Source of the DNA: Nageia nagi
Lineage: Eukaryota; Plantae; Pinophyta
Direction: 5' to 3'
Assembly (NCBI GenBank): GCA_050084985.1
Contig: JBITNC010000001.1
Location: 81,406,001-81,470,000 of the forward strand
DNA: 64,000 bases
The notes under the pieces are model-generated. The model was not told the origin of the DNA, ran no database searches, and worked only from the letters and a program-made list of their open reading frames with translations. Shown in pieces: positions 38,675 to 53,758 of the stretch. Within the stretch, counting starts at the first letter, position 1, and each line of letters begins with the position of its first letter. Both the position numbers and the translations under genes were made by a program.

Positions 38675-41600
38675 ATGGAAAGTGATCCACATAATACAAC
38701 TGAAACAAGAGCAAAATTTAAAGCTAGACAAACTACATCTTCTCAATCCAATCCACCTTCTCAACCACCTTCACCCTCATGTATCAACCCCTTTCACTTC
38801 ATATGACCCAAACCTCTCATATTACATCTTCTCCACCTTAACATTTTTCCATATCTTCTCATCAAGAGGATTTACAATTTCATAAATATTTACATGCAAT
38901 TCTATGTAAGAATTCCTTGTTTGGTGAGGCTAGTTCCCCACATCACGTGGAAGCAATTCATGATGACCCTCCCATTGAGGAGCAACTCTTGTTGAGTGAT
39001 ACTCATATCCAATATCTTTTCCTTTAATTTAGGGCCCAAAAACCTTTTGGTTTTAGGCCCCTATCCCCCAATGTTCCTAATATGGATAGCTAACCCTTCA
39101 CCAAACCACCACCTCCTTTGGAAGAGGATATTAGGGCATCATATCCTTTGCTTCCTCCTTCATTGTCCCATGTTGTCACTATGGAAACTTCATTTTATAA
39201 CCTAAACATGTCCATCCCTAATGATTTATATAGTTTCATTCACCATTTTGATCCTACCTATGGAAATCCTCCATCATCTTGCATGCCTTCTTCGATCGAT
39301 CTTGCACACCATAAACCACCTAATTATCCCTCCACCATATAGAATAACATAAGGGCCCATAATGATGAATTAGAATGAAGAAAATTGACCTATTGTTATT
39401 GTTCCTCCCCCTTGGCCTCATGGTCAAGCCTAATAAGTTTCATTAGCCTTGCCTCAAGCTCCATTAATCTCTCATGTGTACCCTTTGGTTCAATCTTCGT
39501 GGACACAAATTTAATCCCCCACTCTAAGACCATCAAGTGCTCCTCACCTAGATTATGAAGAGAGAGCCCAAATATTATAGGAATGGTATAGGATTTGAAA
39601 AGCTAAATGATTTACACAATTTATGGACCCTCATCATGAGCAAGAGGTAAGTGTTAATACACAAGTCTTGAGGATTGCAACCCCTCCCCAAATTACTATG
39701 GTTGACCTGACTTATTTATCTTACTAATAAGAGCCTATAGCACCTAGCAACTTGATCAATCCTAATCACCAAGAGATTGTTCCACCCTATTTTGCACCCA
39801 AGGTCTCCCAAACTAGGGTGTACATTGGTTTTGTATCTCAAGCGCATCCTTCTTAAGTTATCAAACCTTCATATGCTACTTCTCAACATCCAAATTATAT
39901 GCAAGCATACATTGGTTCTAAACCTCAAGAGCTTACTTATGCGCAAAATATTTCTAATCTTTTCAACAAGTCTAAGGCCCATCCCTTAGACAACTTCAAT
40001 TTTAGCCTCAAGGTGTGCATAACCAAGTGGTGCAAGGGTTTTTATTCCAAACCCACCATACTAAGCAAGTGAATGGTGGTTCAACACAACCAATTTACTA
40101 ACCTCAAGGGAAAAAATAAGCAACTAATGTGTATCAGTCTCCAAGCTATCAAGTTGTTGGGTCCTTTCCTCCAACTACCCTTCATGATGAGATCCTCAAG
40201 AAATTGAAAGAAATGGAGAAAAGGTTAAATGATAAAGGAAAATTTAAGTTTTCTTATAGGTCCATTTGCAATGAACGTATCCATCCATCAATTCCTTTGA
40301 AGGACTTTCCATAGAGGTTTGAGGTTGCAAAGATGGATAAGTTCAAAGGGAAAGAGGATCCTAGAGAGCATCTATGACACTTCAAGTATTCTTACTATAT
40401 CATAGATAATGATGATATCTTTATGTTGAGGACATTTCCTATGATTTTGGTAGGCTAATCCCTAGATTGGTATAACAACTTACCATAGCATAGCATCTTC
40501 TCTTTTGAGCAATTGGCCAATCAGTTCTTGGATCACTTTGGGATAAACATAAGAAAGAGAGATTCCATTATGAACTTGAGTAAATTATCCTAATTTTATG
40601 ATGAAACCATATCATATTATGTGTCTCATTAGAGAGCTATTGTAACCAAAATGCCTTATAGCTTGTCCTAAGAGGAGTTGGTCAAGCTATTCTCTAGGAG
40701 TTTTAATAAACATATCTCTTCTTTCTTACAAATCCAAAGGCACCTTACCTTTGAAGATGCTTTAGCTCAAGCCAAAATCATTGAAAAAGTGAAGATTCAA
40801 GATGGAGAGATAAAGCTTAGAAATAAGGATAATAACAATAATGCTTAAAAGAATCACAACAATGGTAGTAATCCTAACCCCCATACCCACCTAAATCATA
40901 AGCAAATCAAGTTACATATACAATTAATCAAGTGCGACCAATCCTTCAATTAGCTCCTCCTAGAAAAAGAAATAATCAACCAAGAAATTAGTATTAGCAA
41001 CTAGATCAAGGATAGTACAATTAGGGTAATCAGGGGTTGTATAATTAGGGTAACTAGGTGAATCAAGGTAACCAAGCTAATCAAAGTAATAATCAGGTAA
41101 GACCTCTTAGACCACCCAAATAGCCTTAGCAGTAGTAGAGAAATTGTACACCATTAGTGGAGCCCATAAAGGACATACTAAAGAAGCTTTTAGATGCAAA
41201 ACTAGTTACACTTCCTAAGATAAGACATTTGGACACCAATGGTCTGTGCCTACAATGGTATAAAGAAGATGAGATTTGTGCTTTTCATCACTAATATGGC
41301 CATGATACTAATAAATATCATAATTTGAAATCCAACATTCATAGATTGATTGATAATGGTCATGTTTCCATAGGAGCTCCACAAGCTTAACCTATTATAT
41401 ATTTGGGGGTGTATCAAAATCCTTTTCTAGGGCATGCTTCCAATGTGATCTAAGTAACTACCATGCCCTCAACCTTAAGATAAGTCACATATGGTGGTCC
41501 TTTACCCATCAAGTTTTTTGGTATGATGGGCATCAAACCAATCCATGTTGCTACCCATATAAGAAGAGGAGGTGAGAGAGAACCCCCCTCGAGACACTAG

Positions 41601-44600
41601 AATACTACAAAAACCTATATAGCCAATGAATATTCAAGTTTCATCTCAACCTTCTTGACCAACCATTATAGTTTAGAATCAGCTAGAGAAGCAGTTGAGA
41701 TTAACTCCTACTAAACTATTTTTATGGGATTTATTACAACAATCCAAGGCTCACAAGGATTCCTTGAATGACATAATTAAGAAAATTGAGCTAAATAATG
41801 ATGATCCTAGTGCCTTCATTTATTTTTGTGCTATAGTTCAAGACTTAAACCTTCTATCACCTTTTACAAGGACTAGACATATCACACTCCTAGGTCATCT
41901 AAGAAACATATGGCTATATATATTGTTACATGCATAGATGGGAAAAGAGTTAAGAGAGTTATGATTAATGAGGAGTTAATGATAAATATGGTATCTACAA
42001 CAATGCTTCAGAGCCTTAGTATCCCTCTATCTTACTTGAGTGCTCCTACTCTAGCCATCAAGGCATTTAACAATACCTTATCTACTACTTTGGGAGTATT
42101 TGTGTTCCCTATCAAGGTGGGAATTAGATCAATTTCTGTGCCATGTTGCTAAGGGTGAGATGTAGTATAACATCCTTTTGGGATGACCTTCAATTGATGA
42201 CATGGATGGTGTTTCTTCATTGAGACATGGTTTCTTTAAGTATCTATATGGTGGTAACACCCATTGTATTCTAGTGGACTTGACCCCTTTTAGCCATTGC
42301 AACCTTATTCAAGTTCTTGATCTATTTGCTATGTCAAGTTTGTTACTTATCATCATCCTTATGAATAATAACCCTAACCAAGAATATTTAAGTTCACAAA
42401 CCTCCCCAATCTTTGCATCCTCTTACTAATCCATCTCTTAGGTCACAACCTCCTATGTCTTCACTTTCCTTGGATGTACCCCCTCCTATGCATCCCAATG
42501 GTAAGTCTCATGTTGATTCTTCTTTATCATAGTCATTGGGTCTTCTACCTCATGTCAATAATCCTCAACCTAAGTTGGTCCAACCTCAATCTTATAATCT
42601 AGTACCCCCACCTTGTGACCTACATGAATCATCAGATATGGCACTTTGACCTTCCCAAGAGTAATAGTGTCATTATTATACTTTTGATCATACCATTTAG
42701 GATGAATATGATGACTATAATGATTCTAATCCTTATTCAGTGATTTCATTATTCTACTTTTGACCATACCAAGTGACTTTTCAAGTTGTTCATAATAAGA
42801 GAGGCCTTGGTTTCAAAGGTCCCAAAACTTCTATGCTTGAGGAAGGGTTTGCCAATCTTAACATTCATAATCAATATTTTTATGTTGATGATGTTGGTCT
42901 TTACTTTCCTCCTTCTATTCCTATATCATTGGATTATTACATCCCCTTTGACTTCTTTGATGATCCTTCTTCTTCAGCTTTGGTCATTGCTATCAACATG
43001 ATTTCTCTTTATGAGCTTGATCCTCTTTATCATCCACTTGATGGTGATTCTTTGATTATTGTTAGTCTTGAATCTATATATTTCTCCATGTCACCATTAA
43101 GCTTCTTATCACCACATGAGGTTTGTTTTCCTTCTCATTGGTATATTGATGAAACATATTTTTCATATCTTATGTCTTCCATTCTTGATCCTACTAAATA
43201 CGATTACTCCTACCTTATTATCCTTAAGTAGCTTGAAGAAGGATCTAATATACATGTGGGCAACCTTGTCGAGAGAGATATTAGTGAGGATCCTAAAGAT
43301 GATAAGATTGTTTATGTTGGTGATATTTTGAATGAGTCTAAGCGTGATCTAGCCAAGTCCATCATGGTTCAGTTTCATAAGATATTTACTTTTACTTACA
43401 CTAATATGTTAGGTTTAGATCCTAACCTTGTCATGCATAACATTGTGACCTATTCTGATGCCAAGATGATTAAGCAAAAACCTAAGAAGTTTAACCCTAC
43501 CTAATCTCTCTTGATCAAGTATGAGCTTCAAAAGCTCTTGAAAGCTCACTTCATAAAATCTATTGATTACCCTAATTAGGTCTCAAATTTGGTTCTTATC
43601 AATTGATATGGTGGTCATATCTATATTTGCATGAATTTATATGACCTTAATAAAGCTTGTCCTAAGGATGACTTCCCATTACCTAACATTGATATCCTAG
43701 TTGATAATATAGCAGGGTATGAGATGTTTTCCCTTATGGATGGATTTTTAGGCTATAACTAGATCTGGATGAATCATGATGATCAATATAAGATAACTTT
43801 CACAACACCCTAGAGGATGTATTGTTATTGAGTCATGCCCTTTGGTCTAAAGAATGTAGCAACTACCTATCAAAGAGCCATGACTTACATCTTCCATGAT
43901 ATGATGCACAACATTATGGAAGACTATGTTGATGATATTTTGGTCAAATACAAGTCATATGAGGAACATTTCAATGTCCTTCAAAATATATTTAAGCCTA
44001 TTCTCAAGCATAATCTCAAGTTGAACCCTAAGAAGTGTATTTTTGATGTCCTATCTAGTAAGCTTCTAGGTTTCATCATATATAAATAAGGCATTGAGAT
44101 TGACCCAAAAAATGTCAAGTCTATTATTGGTATGCCTCCTTCACACAATCTTAATACCTTAAGAAGTATTTAAGGAAATATTCAAGCCATTCATTACTTT
44201 ATAGCTCAACTTTTGAATAAGTGTCATCCTTTTAACAAGCTCTTGAAAAAGGGTGTCATCTTTGAGTGAAACGAGAAGTGCCAACAAGATCTTAATGATA
44301 TCAAGAATACCTCACCACTCCTTCTATCTTAATACCCTCTAAGGATTATTTTCCTTTCTATCTATATCTTTTGATGGTTTATTTTGCCTTATGGGTCATG
44401 GTTACTCAAAATAATGATCAAGGTAAAGAGCAGGCTATCTATTACCTTATTCATATCCTTGTCAATTATGAGCTTATTTATATCTATATAGAGCACATTT
44501 GCCTTTCCATTATCTTCATGGCCAAAATATTATGATATTACATGCTTAATCATATGAATTACATAATTTCTCATGTTAATTCGCTATAGCATATGATGAA

Positions 44601-46265
44601 CAAGACTTATCATAATTCATGAACATCCAAGTGGATGATATTTTTGTTTGAGTTTGACCTTGACTTTATTAGTCAGAAATCCATTAAGGATCAGGTCATA
44701 ACTAACTAGTTGACCAAGGTGCCTTTGCTTGATAGCTCTCCTCTCAACATCAGTCTTCCTAATGAGGATATATTCAAGATTGACATAGAGGAGGAATCTA
44801 TTGATACACATGAACTATTTGATATGACTATGTACTTTGATGGATCTAAGTGTGAGCAAGGGGGTAGCTTAGGGATCATCTTCTTCATGCCTTAGGGTGT
44901 CTCTATTCCTTATTATTTCAACTTAGCTTTCCCTTGTATTAATAATAATGTGGAGTATGAATCCTTGATCCTAGGTCTTAAAACTTTCATACCCCTTAAT
45001 GTCGAGAGACTCATGATTTATGGTAACTCTCTTTTTATCATCAACCAAGTATTAGAAGTTTATGAATGCCATAATGAACTCCTTAAATCCTATAAAGAGG
45101 AAGTTATTAGACTCCTTAAGTTCTTTAAGGCCTATAAGATTGAGTTAGCCCCTAAATATTCTAATCATTTTACAAATACCATGGCTTCTTTGCGGTATTA
45201 ATTCCATCTAATCCACATTAACATATCTAGCATGTGGAAATTGTGACTCTTAAAGAGTCATACCTTAAGTCACCTTCACCCCTCCCTCTCTCTAAAGCTA
45301 GTGTTTATGAGATTTTGATCAAGTCTTAAGACTTGTGGTACAAATAGCTTCATTAATACCTTAAGTGGAATGGCTTCCCTCTTGCTATGTCAACCTTTAG
45401 TGGGGTTTTGATCTCATTGATTAGTTTGTTCCTCCTTTGTTTGGTAGTCACAAGTTCATTAATACTACAACTTAGTACCTTACCAAGTGGGTAGAGGTGA
45501 CTTCGTTAGTCTCTACTATGGGTCCTAAGATCATATCCTTCATAGAGACTCATATCATATATCAATTTGGTATTCCTATAAGGATCATTATGGAAAATGG
45601 CCTTAACTTTAAAAATTAACATATGAGGAGAATATGTAATCGATACCATATCAAACAATCTTTCTCCATGCCTTATTACCCCTAGGGTAATAGTCAAGAT
45701 GAGGCCTTGAACAAGATGATTATCATGATTATCAAGAAAAATAGTTGATGATAATAATTGTAATTTGCATGAGTCTCTCATGTACACTTTGTGGGCATAT
45801 CATACTAGCATTCAAATGCCCACAGGTGCTACAACCTTCTCTCTCATTTATAGTGTTGAGGATATCATGCCTCTTGAGCTTGAGATACCCTCCTTACATG
45901 TGTCTCTCAAGGAGTTTATCCCTAATGAGGAAGCCCATCAAGCTTGGTTGGATCAACTTACTTTGCTTGATGAAAAACATACCAATGTGATAGAGCATCA
46001 CAAGATTTATCAAGGATGTCTTAAGCAAGCATTTAATAAGAAGGTATAACTTCATGAGTTTTAGGTTGGTGATGTTGTGCTTAAAGACAACCAACAATAG
46101 TCCCATATAGAGGATCCTCTTAGGTAAAAGTTTGCCCCTAATTGGCTTGGTCCTTTTATCATTAAGTGCAAGATCAATCTTAGTGTGTATCATCTCACTA
46201 ATTTAGAAGGACAAAAAGAGCTTGAGCCTATTAATATTATCCATATTCATCCTTTTCATACTTGA
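38675..46265 (+). pseudogene. Tat/Ogre gag-pol remnant (gag, protease, RT, RNase H, additional RNase H, partial integrase)
   Basis: DKFKGKEDPREHL (gag); CAFHH*YGHDTNKY (knuckle); RVKRVMIN (protease); DLNKACPKDDFPLPNID, MPFGLKN, DYVDDIL (RT); MYFDGSK...NNNVEYESLILGL...IYGNS (second RNase H); LWAYHTS, APNWLGPF (integrase). 5' start uncertain. Confidence 0.9.
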
Positions 46266-47126
46266 TATCTTGTTGTTTTTGTTTCCTTTTATTATTTTTC
46301 ATCATGTATTATTATGTTTATCATTTCTCTTTTCATATTTTATTTTCCCATCTATCTTGAATAGGGGGATGGTGCCTTACATGTAGGTCCTTTTCTTCCT
46401 CTTGAATGTTGTATCACTTTGAGTCTCTCATCCTTTTTGTTGTTTTGAATCACCTCATCAAGAGTTGATACTCGATCCTACCCTCTTTTCATGGTTTTAC
46501 ACTATTGCATGTTGCAAGGTAGGACCATAATCACTTAGCTCCTCAACACCTTGCATCATTTTCTTCTTATTTATGTATTTTTATTTTTCTCATCATTCAT
46601 CTTGGTTATGATTTTTGGTAACAATTTGGGTCCTCATTTAGGGTTAACCATTGGACATTATCTCTTGAATCCCTAATAGAGTAAATACAATCATGTACAT
46701 TCATGGAAATCAATCTTTTATGCTCTAAGAAGAGTTCAATCATCATTTTGTTACATCTTATCTTATATCATATCACTAACATTGTTGTATGTCCATTTTT
46801 GCATATTTTCATCCTATCCCATTCATGGTTCTCGATGATGACACCACTTGGGTCACAACCACTTTAGGTTGCATTTTTTCATTCACTTGGATTTGATCAT
46901 AGGCTATGACTATCATGGTTTTTGAGGGATATCCTTATGTTGCATATGACTTGAAATGTGTTTTATCCTCCTTTGATTTCATTTCCCTTATCTTATATAT
47001 TGGCTTTCTTCCAATTTTTGTGACTTGTATTTTTCATGCATTATCATTTTTGTTAGTCATATTTTGGTGCTTTTCACTTTATCTATTATCTATCTTCATG
47101 TTCATAACTTTCCTTTTGTCCATTTT

Positions 47127-50100
47127 TGATCCAAAATTTGGATCCTTTTAACATTTAGTAATCTCCATTTTAGTGTGTTCATTATGATCACCTTGTCTTC
47201 AACTTTCTGATGCTTCTTTCGAATCGTGAATCCGAGTCTATATGTAGAAGATATGATATTAATTATGTTTGTATATTTTGAGAAAAATTAAAAGGATTAA
47301 AAAAATAAAAATAAATAAATAAATATATATTCAAATGTTTTTGCAGGACCCATCGGACCACATAGAAGGAGGTGAGGTTGACCAGGCCTACGTGTAGCTC
47401 GATTGACCGTGAGACCATCTGCCTGCCACCAAGCCACCCATGCCAGCCAAACCGCCCACGCCAGCCAAGTTGCTAGTCAACAGGAGGTTGACTTCCTCTA
47501 AGCCTGCCACATGTCATCACCATAATGCACCCACCCAATTTTAGTTTTTTTGATGTATTTTTAGTGTTTTCAAAGGTTTATGGTGATTTTATCTCACCTA
47601 AGGTCCTATTATTAGGATGATTTAATTCTATGAGCCTAAAACAAATCAGTGAGCGTATCATTTTGATTTTAGAGCTCATTTTGGGGAGATTTTTACAACC
47701 ATTTGAGCCCAAATTTGACATGAAGATAAAGGAGGATAATGGGTATCTAAAAATAGGTTTTGTATTAAATTTCTTAGTTGTAAGACTCTCCAATTTTAGC
47801 CCCCAAAATTGTATAAAAAGGGGAGCAAATTGGAGGGAGAGAGAGAGAGGATTTCAGGAAAGTTATTTTTAGTTCTTGTTGTGATTTTTAGAGCTATGAG
47901 TGTGTTGTGAATGTGAAAGGAGGTTTTGAAGGAACATGGAGGCCTTGTAAAGTGATTCTACCCATTGATAGTAGAGAGCTTTTAAGCTAGATGTAGCCCA
48001 CACTAGGTGAACCAGGATAATTTTGCTTGTCTCTTTCTATGGTGAATGCTTTTCTCTTCTCTGTGTTTACAAATTTGTTCTTGATTTTCTTTTACAAGCA
48101 CTTAATTATTTTAAGTGTGAATTGATCCTAAGAAAAGGTTAAATTGAAATTTTAATCTTATAATTTATGGATCAAGTTTGGTATTAGAGTAGTTAAAATC
48201 ATTGGGATAACCTATATTTTTGAGATTGTTGTTGGTGTTTGGAAAGTGTTCTTGCATGTATACCAAGTCACAAAGTAAGATAGGAGAAGAAGAATTTATG
48301 GAGGAGGATCTAGAAATTGGTTCTAGAGTTTGGCTAAAGAAGCAAAGAGAGCTTGGAGCCATGGCCAATGAAGGAGGGTCTAATGTGGAAAAGCAAATTG
48401 TTGATCTCTCCACAATGTTCCAAAAGATGTCTCTACAATTCCAACACTTTCAAGAACAACAATACAAGAAAAATGAAGGTGAAACTAGTGAAGGTAATAA
48501 AATTGACAATGATGATACACATAGTGTTTTTCAAATTTCTCCTTTGAAATTGGAAGTTAAATTTGATTTGCCTACTTTTATTGGAGAAGTGAATGCTGAT
48601 AAGTTAGACCATTGGAATAAACAAATTGAGGTATATTATAGAATTCAAAGAATTGTAAGAGATGAGGATAAAATCCAATTAGCAACTCTTAAAATGAGTG
48701 GTAATGCACTTGTTTGGTGGGAAAGTTATTTGCAAAGTAAGAATGAATCAATTCAAGCTTGTATTGCTTCTTGGACCCATTTTGTACAATTGCTTAGAGA
48801 TCAATTTTATCCTTTAGGTTATCGACAAAAGGTAATCATGGAATGGCAAACTTTCCATCAAGGCAAAGGGAAAAGTGTGCAAGAGTACACTACAAAATTT
48901 TGAAAAAGAGCTGCAATGCTAGGTATTCCTCTTGATTCCCAAGATACTCTTAAGTATATTGGTGGTTTGCACAATTATTTAAGGCATACAATATTGATGT
49001 TTGATCCAAATGATTTGGATAAAGTTTGTGTACAAGCCACTCACTTAGAAGAAAGGGGAAAATTCATTAAGGAAGGGGAAAAGAAAAATGCTTCCAATAA
49101 TAATAGTAATAATGATTCTAAAAAGAATAAAGGAAAGGGGAAAAAGAAAACTATGTCTACTACACGAAAAGAGAAGTCTAAAGATTATGTACACATTGTC
49201 AAAAGGAAGGTCATTTAGAGGCTAAATGTTGGAAATTACATCTTGAATTACGCCCTAAACCTAAAGGTCAAAAGAAGCAAACAAATACTATTACTAAGAA
49301 AATTGAAGATGGTTCAGATGTAGATGAGAAAATGGCATGTATGGTTTTGCATAATACACCTAGTGAAGATGAGGAAAAGAAGAAAATTAAACTTTTTCAC
49401 ATCAAGGTGCAAACTAAGAAGACTAGGATTGATACATTGTTTGATTTTGGATCTCAAGCTAACTTAATTGCAAAAAAGTATGCCAAATCACTTGCACTCA
49501 CTACTCAAACTCATCCAAACCCATATCCATTGGGATGGGTTAATAAAAATTCCAAGTTAAAGGTAACACAACAATGCAAGTTGCAATTTGGGATTAACAG
49601 GGAGTACATTGATGAAGTTTTACTTGATGTTGTTCCTTTGGATATTTGTGGGATTATGCTTGGTAGTCCTTATCTATAAGAAAGAGATGCTTTATTTTAT
49701 ATAAAGGAAAATAAATATAGACTCATTAAATATGGAGTTGAATACATGGTTAGTGCTCATCAAAACAAGAAAAAGGATATTTCTTTGATTACTACAGGAC
49801 AAGCAAAGAGACTAATCAATATAGGACAAATGTTTGTACTTGCAATGGTGAAATCTCAAGATGAAGTGGAAATCATAAAGGCACTTAAGGATTGTGAACC
49901 ACAATACAAAGAAGAAGTAAAAGAGGTAATTTCCAAATTTGAATATTTATTTCAAGTACCTAAAGAACTTCCACCAAAAAGAGATATACAACATGAGATT
50001 CAATTATATCCTGATGTTGCACTTCCTAATATTGGCTTATATAGAAATTTTGCTTTGGAAACTAAATAAATTAAGAAACAAGTCAAGGAATTGTTAGATT

Positions 50101-53100
50101 AAGGAGTCATTAGACCTATCACATCACCGTGTGGATCTCCTATTGTTATAATTCCAAAGAAAGATGGAACTTGGTGTATATGTGTTGATTACAGGGCACT
50201 AAATAAGAGCATGATTAAAAATTGATATCCTTTGCCATGTATTGATGATTTAATGGATCAATTACAAAAATCTAGTATTTTCACAAAATTGGATCTAAGA
50301 AGTGGTTATCATCAAGTACGAGTTAAAGAAGAAGATGTGTGGAAAACTACTTTTAAAACTAGGCAAGGATTGTTTGAATGGTTGATTTTATCATTTGGAT
50401 TATGCAATGCTCCTGCTACTTTCATGCATGTAATGAATGAGGTTTTAAGGCCTTTCATTAATGATTTTATTATTATGTATCTTGATGATATTCTCATTTA
50501 CAATGATAATTGGAAAGATCATGTGGTACATATTCATAAAGTGTTTGAAGTTTTAAGGAAAGCAAAACTCTATTTGAAGATGTCTAAGTATGAGTTTGTT
50601 AGGAAGAGTTTAATCTATATTGGCCACATTGTAGGTGAAGGTCAATTGAGGATAGATCCTACAAAAATTGAGGCTGTGTTGAAATGGCCTACTCCCACTA
50701 ATGTGATAGAGACTAGAAGTTTTCTTGGGGCAATGTAGTATTTATGCAAGTTTATTATTAACTTTTCTTACATGGCTTCTACACTTCATGCAATTACAGG
50801 AAAGAGTCATGGATTTTAGTGGGGAGGGAAAGAACAACATGCTTTTGAATTGCTCAAAAGGAAAATCAGTAATGCTCTAGTACTTGCTTTGCCTAATCTT
50901 CAGAAAACTTTTGAAATTGAAACTAATGCAAGTGACTATGCTATGGGTGTAGTTTTATTACAAGAAAAACATTCAGTTTGCTATCACTTGGAAATGTTTA
51001 CCAGTGTGGTAAGAAACTATCCCACATATGAAAAAGAGTTGTATGCATTAGTTCAAAGTGTTAAGAAATGGAAGCACTATTTGGTAGGTAAAGAGATAAT
51101 AATTCATACAGACCATCAACCCTTGCAATATCTTCAGTCACAATCTAAGTTGCAACAATCTAGGCACTTTCATTGGATGGGATTCTTGCAACAATTTCAT
51201 TTGGTGATTAAGTACAAGAAGGGTACTCAAAATAAAATTATTGATATGTTGTCTAGGCCTCCAATAGTTGCTAGTGTTGTGATTCTACAAAATAGTTCTT
51301 TAATGCATGATGGGTATAAAGAACAGTATATGGTTGATCCTGATTTCCAAAATGTCTATCATAGATTGAGTCTTGGTAATGAGGTTGGAAATCATGACTT
51401 TCATTTGCATGATGGATTACTTTTTCATTTGGTCAAATTTTGTATTCCTAATGGTGAGAGGAATGATTTGATTAGGGAAGCTCATACTTCTTGTATTTCA
51501 GGGCACTTTGGTGTTGGGAAAACTCTTGCTAATCTACAAAGGTATTGTTACTAGCCTAAAATGCAAGAAAATGTATCTAGATATATTAGAGGTTGTATGT
51601 TATGCAGTGTAAGCAAACCCAATAATAGGAAATTTGGTCTTTATATGCCATTTTCCATTCCTACATGACCATGGGAGAGTATTTCTATGGATTTTGTTGG
51701 AGGTTTACCTATGTCTAAAAAAGGTCATGATTATTTATATGTGGTTGTGGATAGATTTAGTAAGATGTGTATTCTAATCCCATGTAAAAAGACTATGACA
51801 GGTCAAGAGGTAGCTAATCTTTTCTTTACTTATGTGTGGGTACATTTTGGTCTTCCTACTTCTATCATTTTTAACAAGGATTCCAAGTTTCTTGGAAAAT
51901 TTTGGACTTCTTTGTGGGAAAGGATGGACACTAAGATAAATAGGAGTACAACATTTCATCCACAGATAGATGGTCAAATAGAGGTGGTAAATAGGATAGT
52001 GGTACACCTATTACGGGGTTATTATGGTAAGCATCCTAAGACTTGGGATGAGCATTTGAGCTATATATAGCATGCATATAATCGGGCTTTACATTCTTCT
52101 ACTAACAAAACACCTTTTGAGACTTGTTATGGTTATTTGCCAAAATCACATTTTTGCTATGGCTTTTGCTTCAACAAGTGATGGAGATATAGTTCTTCAT
52201 AATGAGGAGGAATGGGAAAAGAATTTTATTGAGAGGATTAGATTGATTCATCAGAAGGTAAAAGAACAATTGGAGAAGAGTCAGGCCAAGTGAGGCATGA
52301 TCATCATCATTTGGATCATAAATTTTAGGTTGGGGATCAGGTATGGCTTCATCTCAGTAAGGAGAGATAGCATGGTAAGGGAAAGAAGTTAAAACCAATA
52401 AGGTATGGTCCATTTACCATTATTGGTCAAGTTGGAGATAATGTGTTTCGGTTGGACTTACCACCTATATGCAAATGTATTCCGTTATTAATGTTGAGAA
52501 CTTGAAGTTGTAGGAACCAACCTTAGTTGCAGAAGATACAGATGTTATGTTACTGTCAGTTGAGGATTTAGCCCCTGAGCACATGAATGTTTTCGTTGAG
52601 GATATAGTAATGGAAAAGAAGCAATGATCAAATCATAGTGGCATACTAGAGGTGTGGCATATTGGAGAGAAGGGCCAACATCCACACAAGGCCAAGTGTT
52701 ATGTAGTTGACCAGGTGAGGGACCTCTACCCTCACCTCTTTTCATCATCCTAATTGATTTTGGGGATAAAATCTCTCTCTCAGTGGGGAGGAATGATCCA
52801 AAATTTGGATCCCTTTGACATTTAGTAATCTCCATTTTAGTGTGTTCATTATGATCACCTTGTCTTCAAATTTTTGATGCTTCTTTTAGATCGTGAGTCC
52901 GAGTCCGTATGTAGAAGATATGATATTAATTTCATTTGTATATTTTGAGAAAAATTAAAAGGATTAAAAAAAATACTAATAATAAATAAATATATATTCA
53001 AATTTTTTGGTGGGACCCACTGGACCACGTAGGAGGAGGTGAGGTTGACCAAGCCTACATGGAGCTCAGTTGATCGTGAGACCGTCTACCTGCCACCAAG

Positions 53101-53758
53101 CCACCCACGCTAGCCAAGCCACTAGTCAATAGAAGGTTGACTTCCTCTAAGCTTGCCACATGTCATCACCATAATGCACCCACCCAATTTTAGTTTTTTT
53201 GATGTATTTTTAGTGTTTTCAAAGTTTTATGGTGATTTTATCTCACTTTGATTTTAGAGCTCATTTTGGGGAGAGTTTTACAACCATTTGAGCCCAAATT
53301 TAACATGAAGATCAAGAAGGATAATGGGTATCTTAAAATAGGTTTTGTATTAAATTTTTTTAGTTGTAAGACTCTCCAATTTTAGCCCCCAAAATTGTAT
53401 AAAAAGGGGAGCAAATTGGAGGGAGAGAGAGAGGATTTTAGGAAAGTTATTTTTAGTTCTTGTTGTGATTTTTAGAGTTGTGAGTGTGTTGTGAATGTGA
53501 GAGGAGGTTTTTAAGGACTTTGGAGGCATTGTAAAGTGATTCTACCCACTGATAGTAGAGAGCTTTTGAGCTGGATGTAGCCCACATCAAGTGAACTAGG
53601 ATAATTTTTCTTGTCTCTTTCTATGGTGAATGCTTTTCTCTTCTTTGTGTTTACAAATTTGTTCCTAATTTTCCTTTACAAGCACTTAATTGTTTTAAGT
53701 GTGAATTGATCCTAAGAAAAGGTTAAATTGAAATTTTAATCTTATATTTTATGGATCA
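47127..53758 (+). mobile_element. CRM-like chromovirus Ty3/gypsy, the best-preserved element in the window
   Basis: LTRs 47127-48174 and 52794-53758 with TGATCCA...TGGATCA termini; TSD ATTTT/ATTTC; PBS TGGTATTAGAG at 48179; PPT agtggggaggaa at 52782-52793. Confidence 0.95.
48298..52753 (+). pseudogene. CRM-like gag-pol with several premature stops and frameshifts
   Basis: Long residual ORFs: GNALVWWE (gag), TLFDFGSQANLI and HPNPYPLGWV (protease), LDLRSGYHQVR and MYLDDILIY (RT), NYPTYEKELYALV (RNase H), MDFVGGLP and VVVDRFSKM (integrase). Confidence 0.95.
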
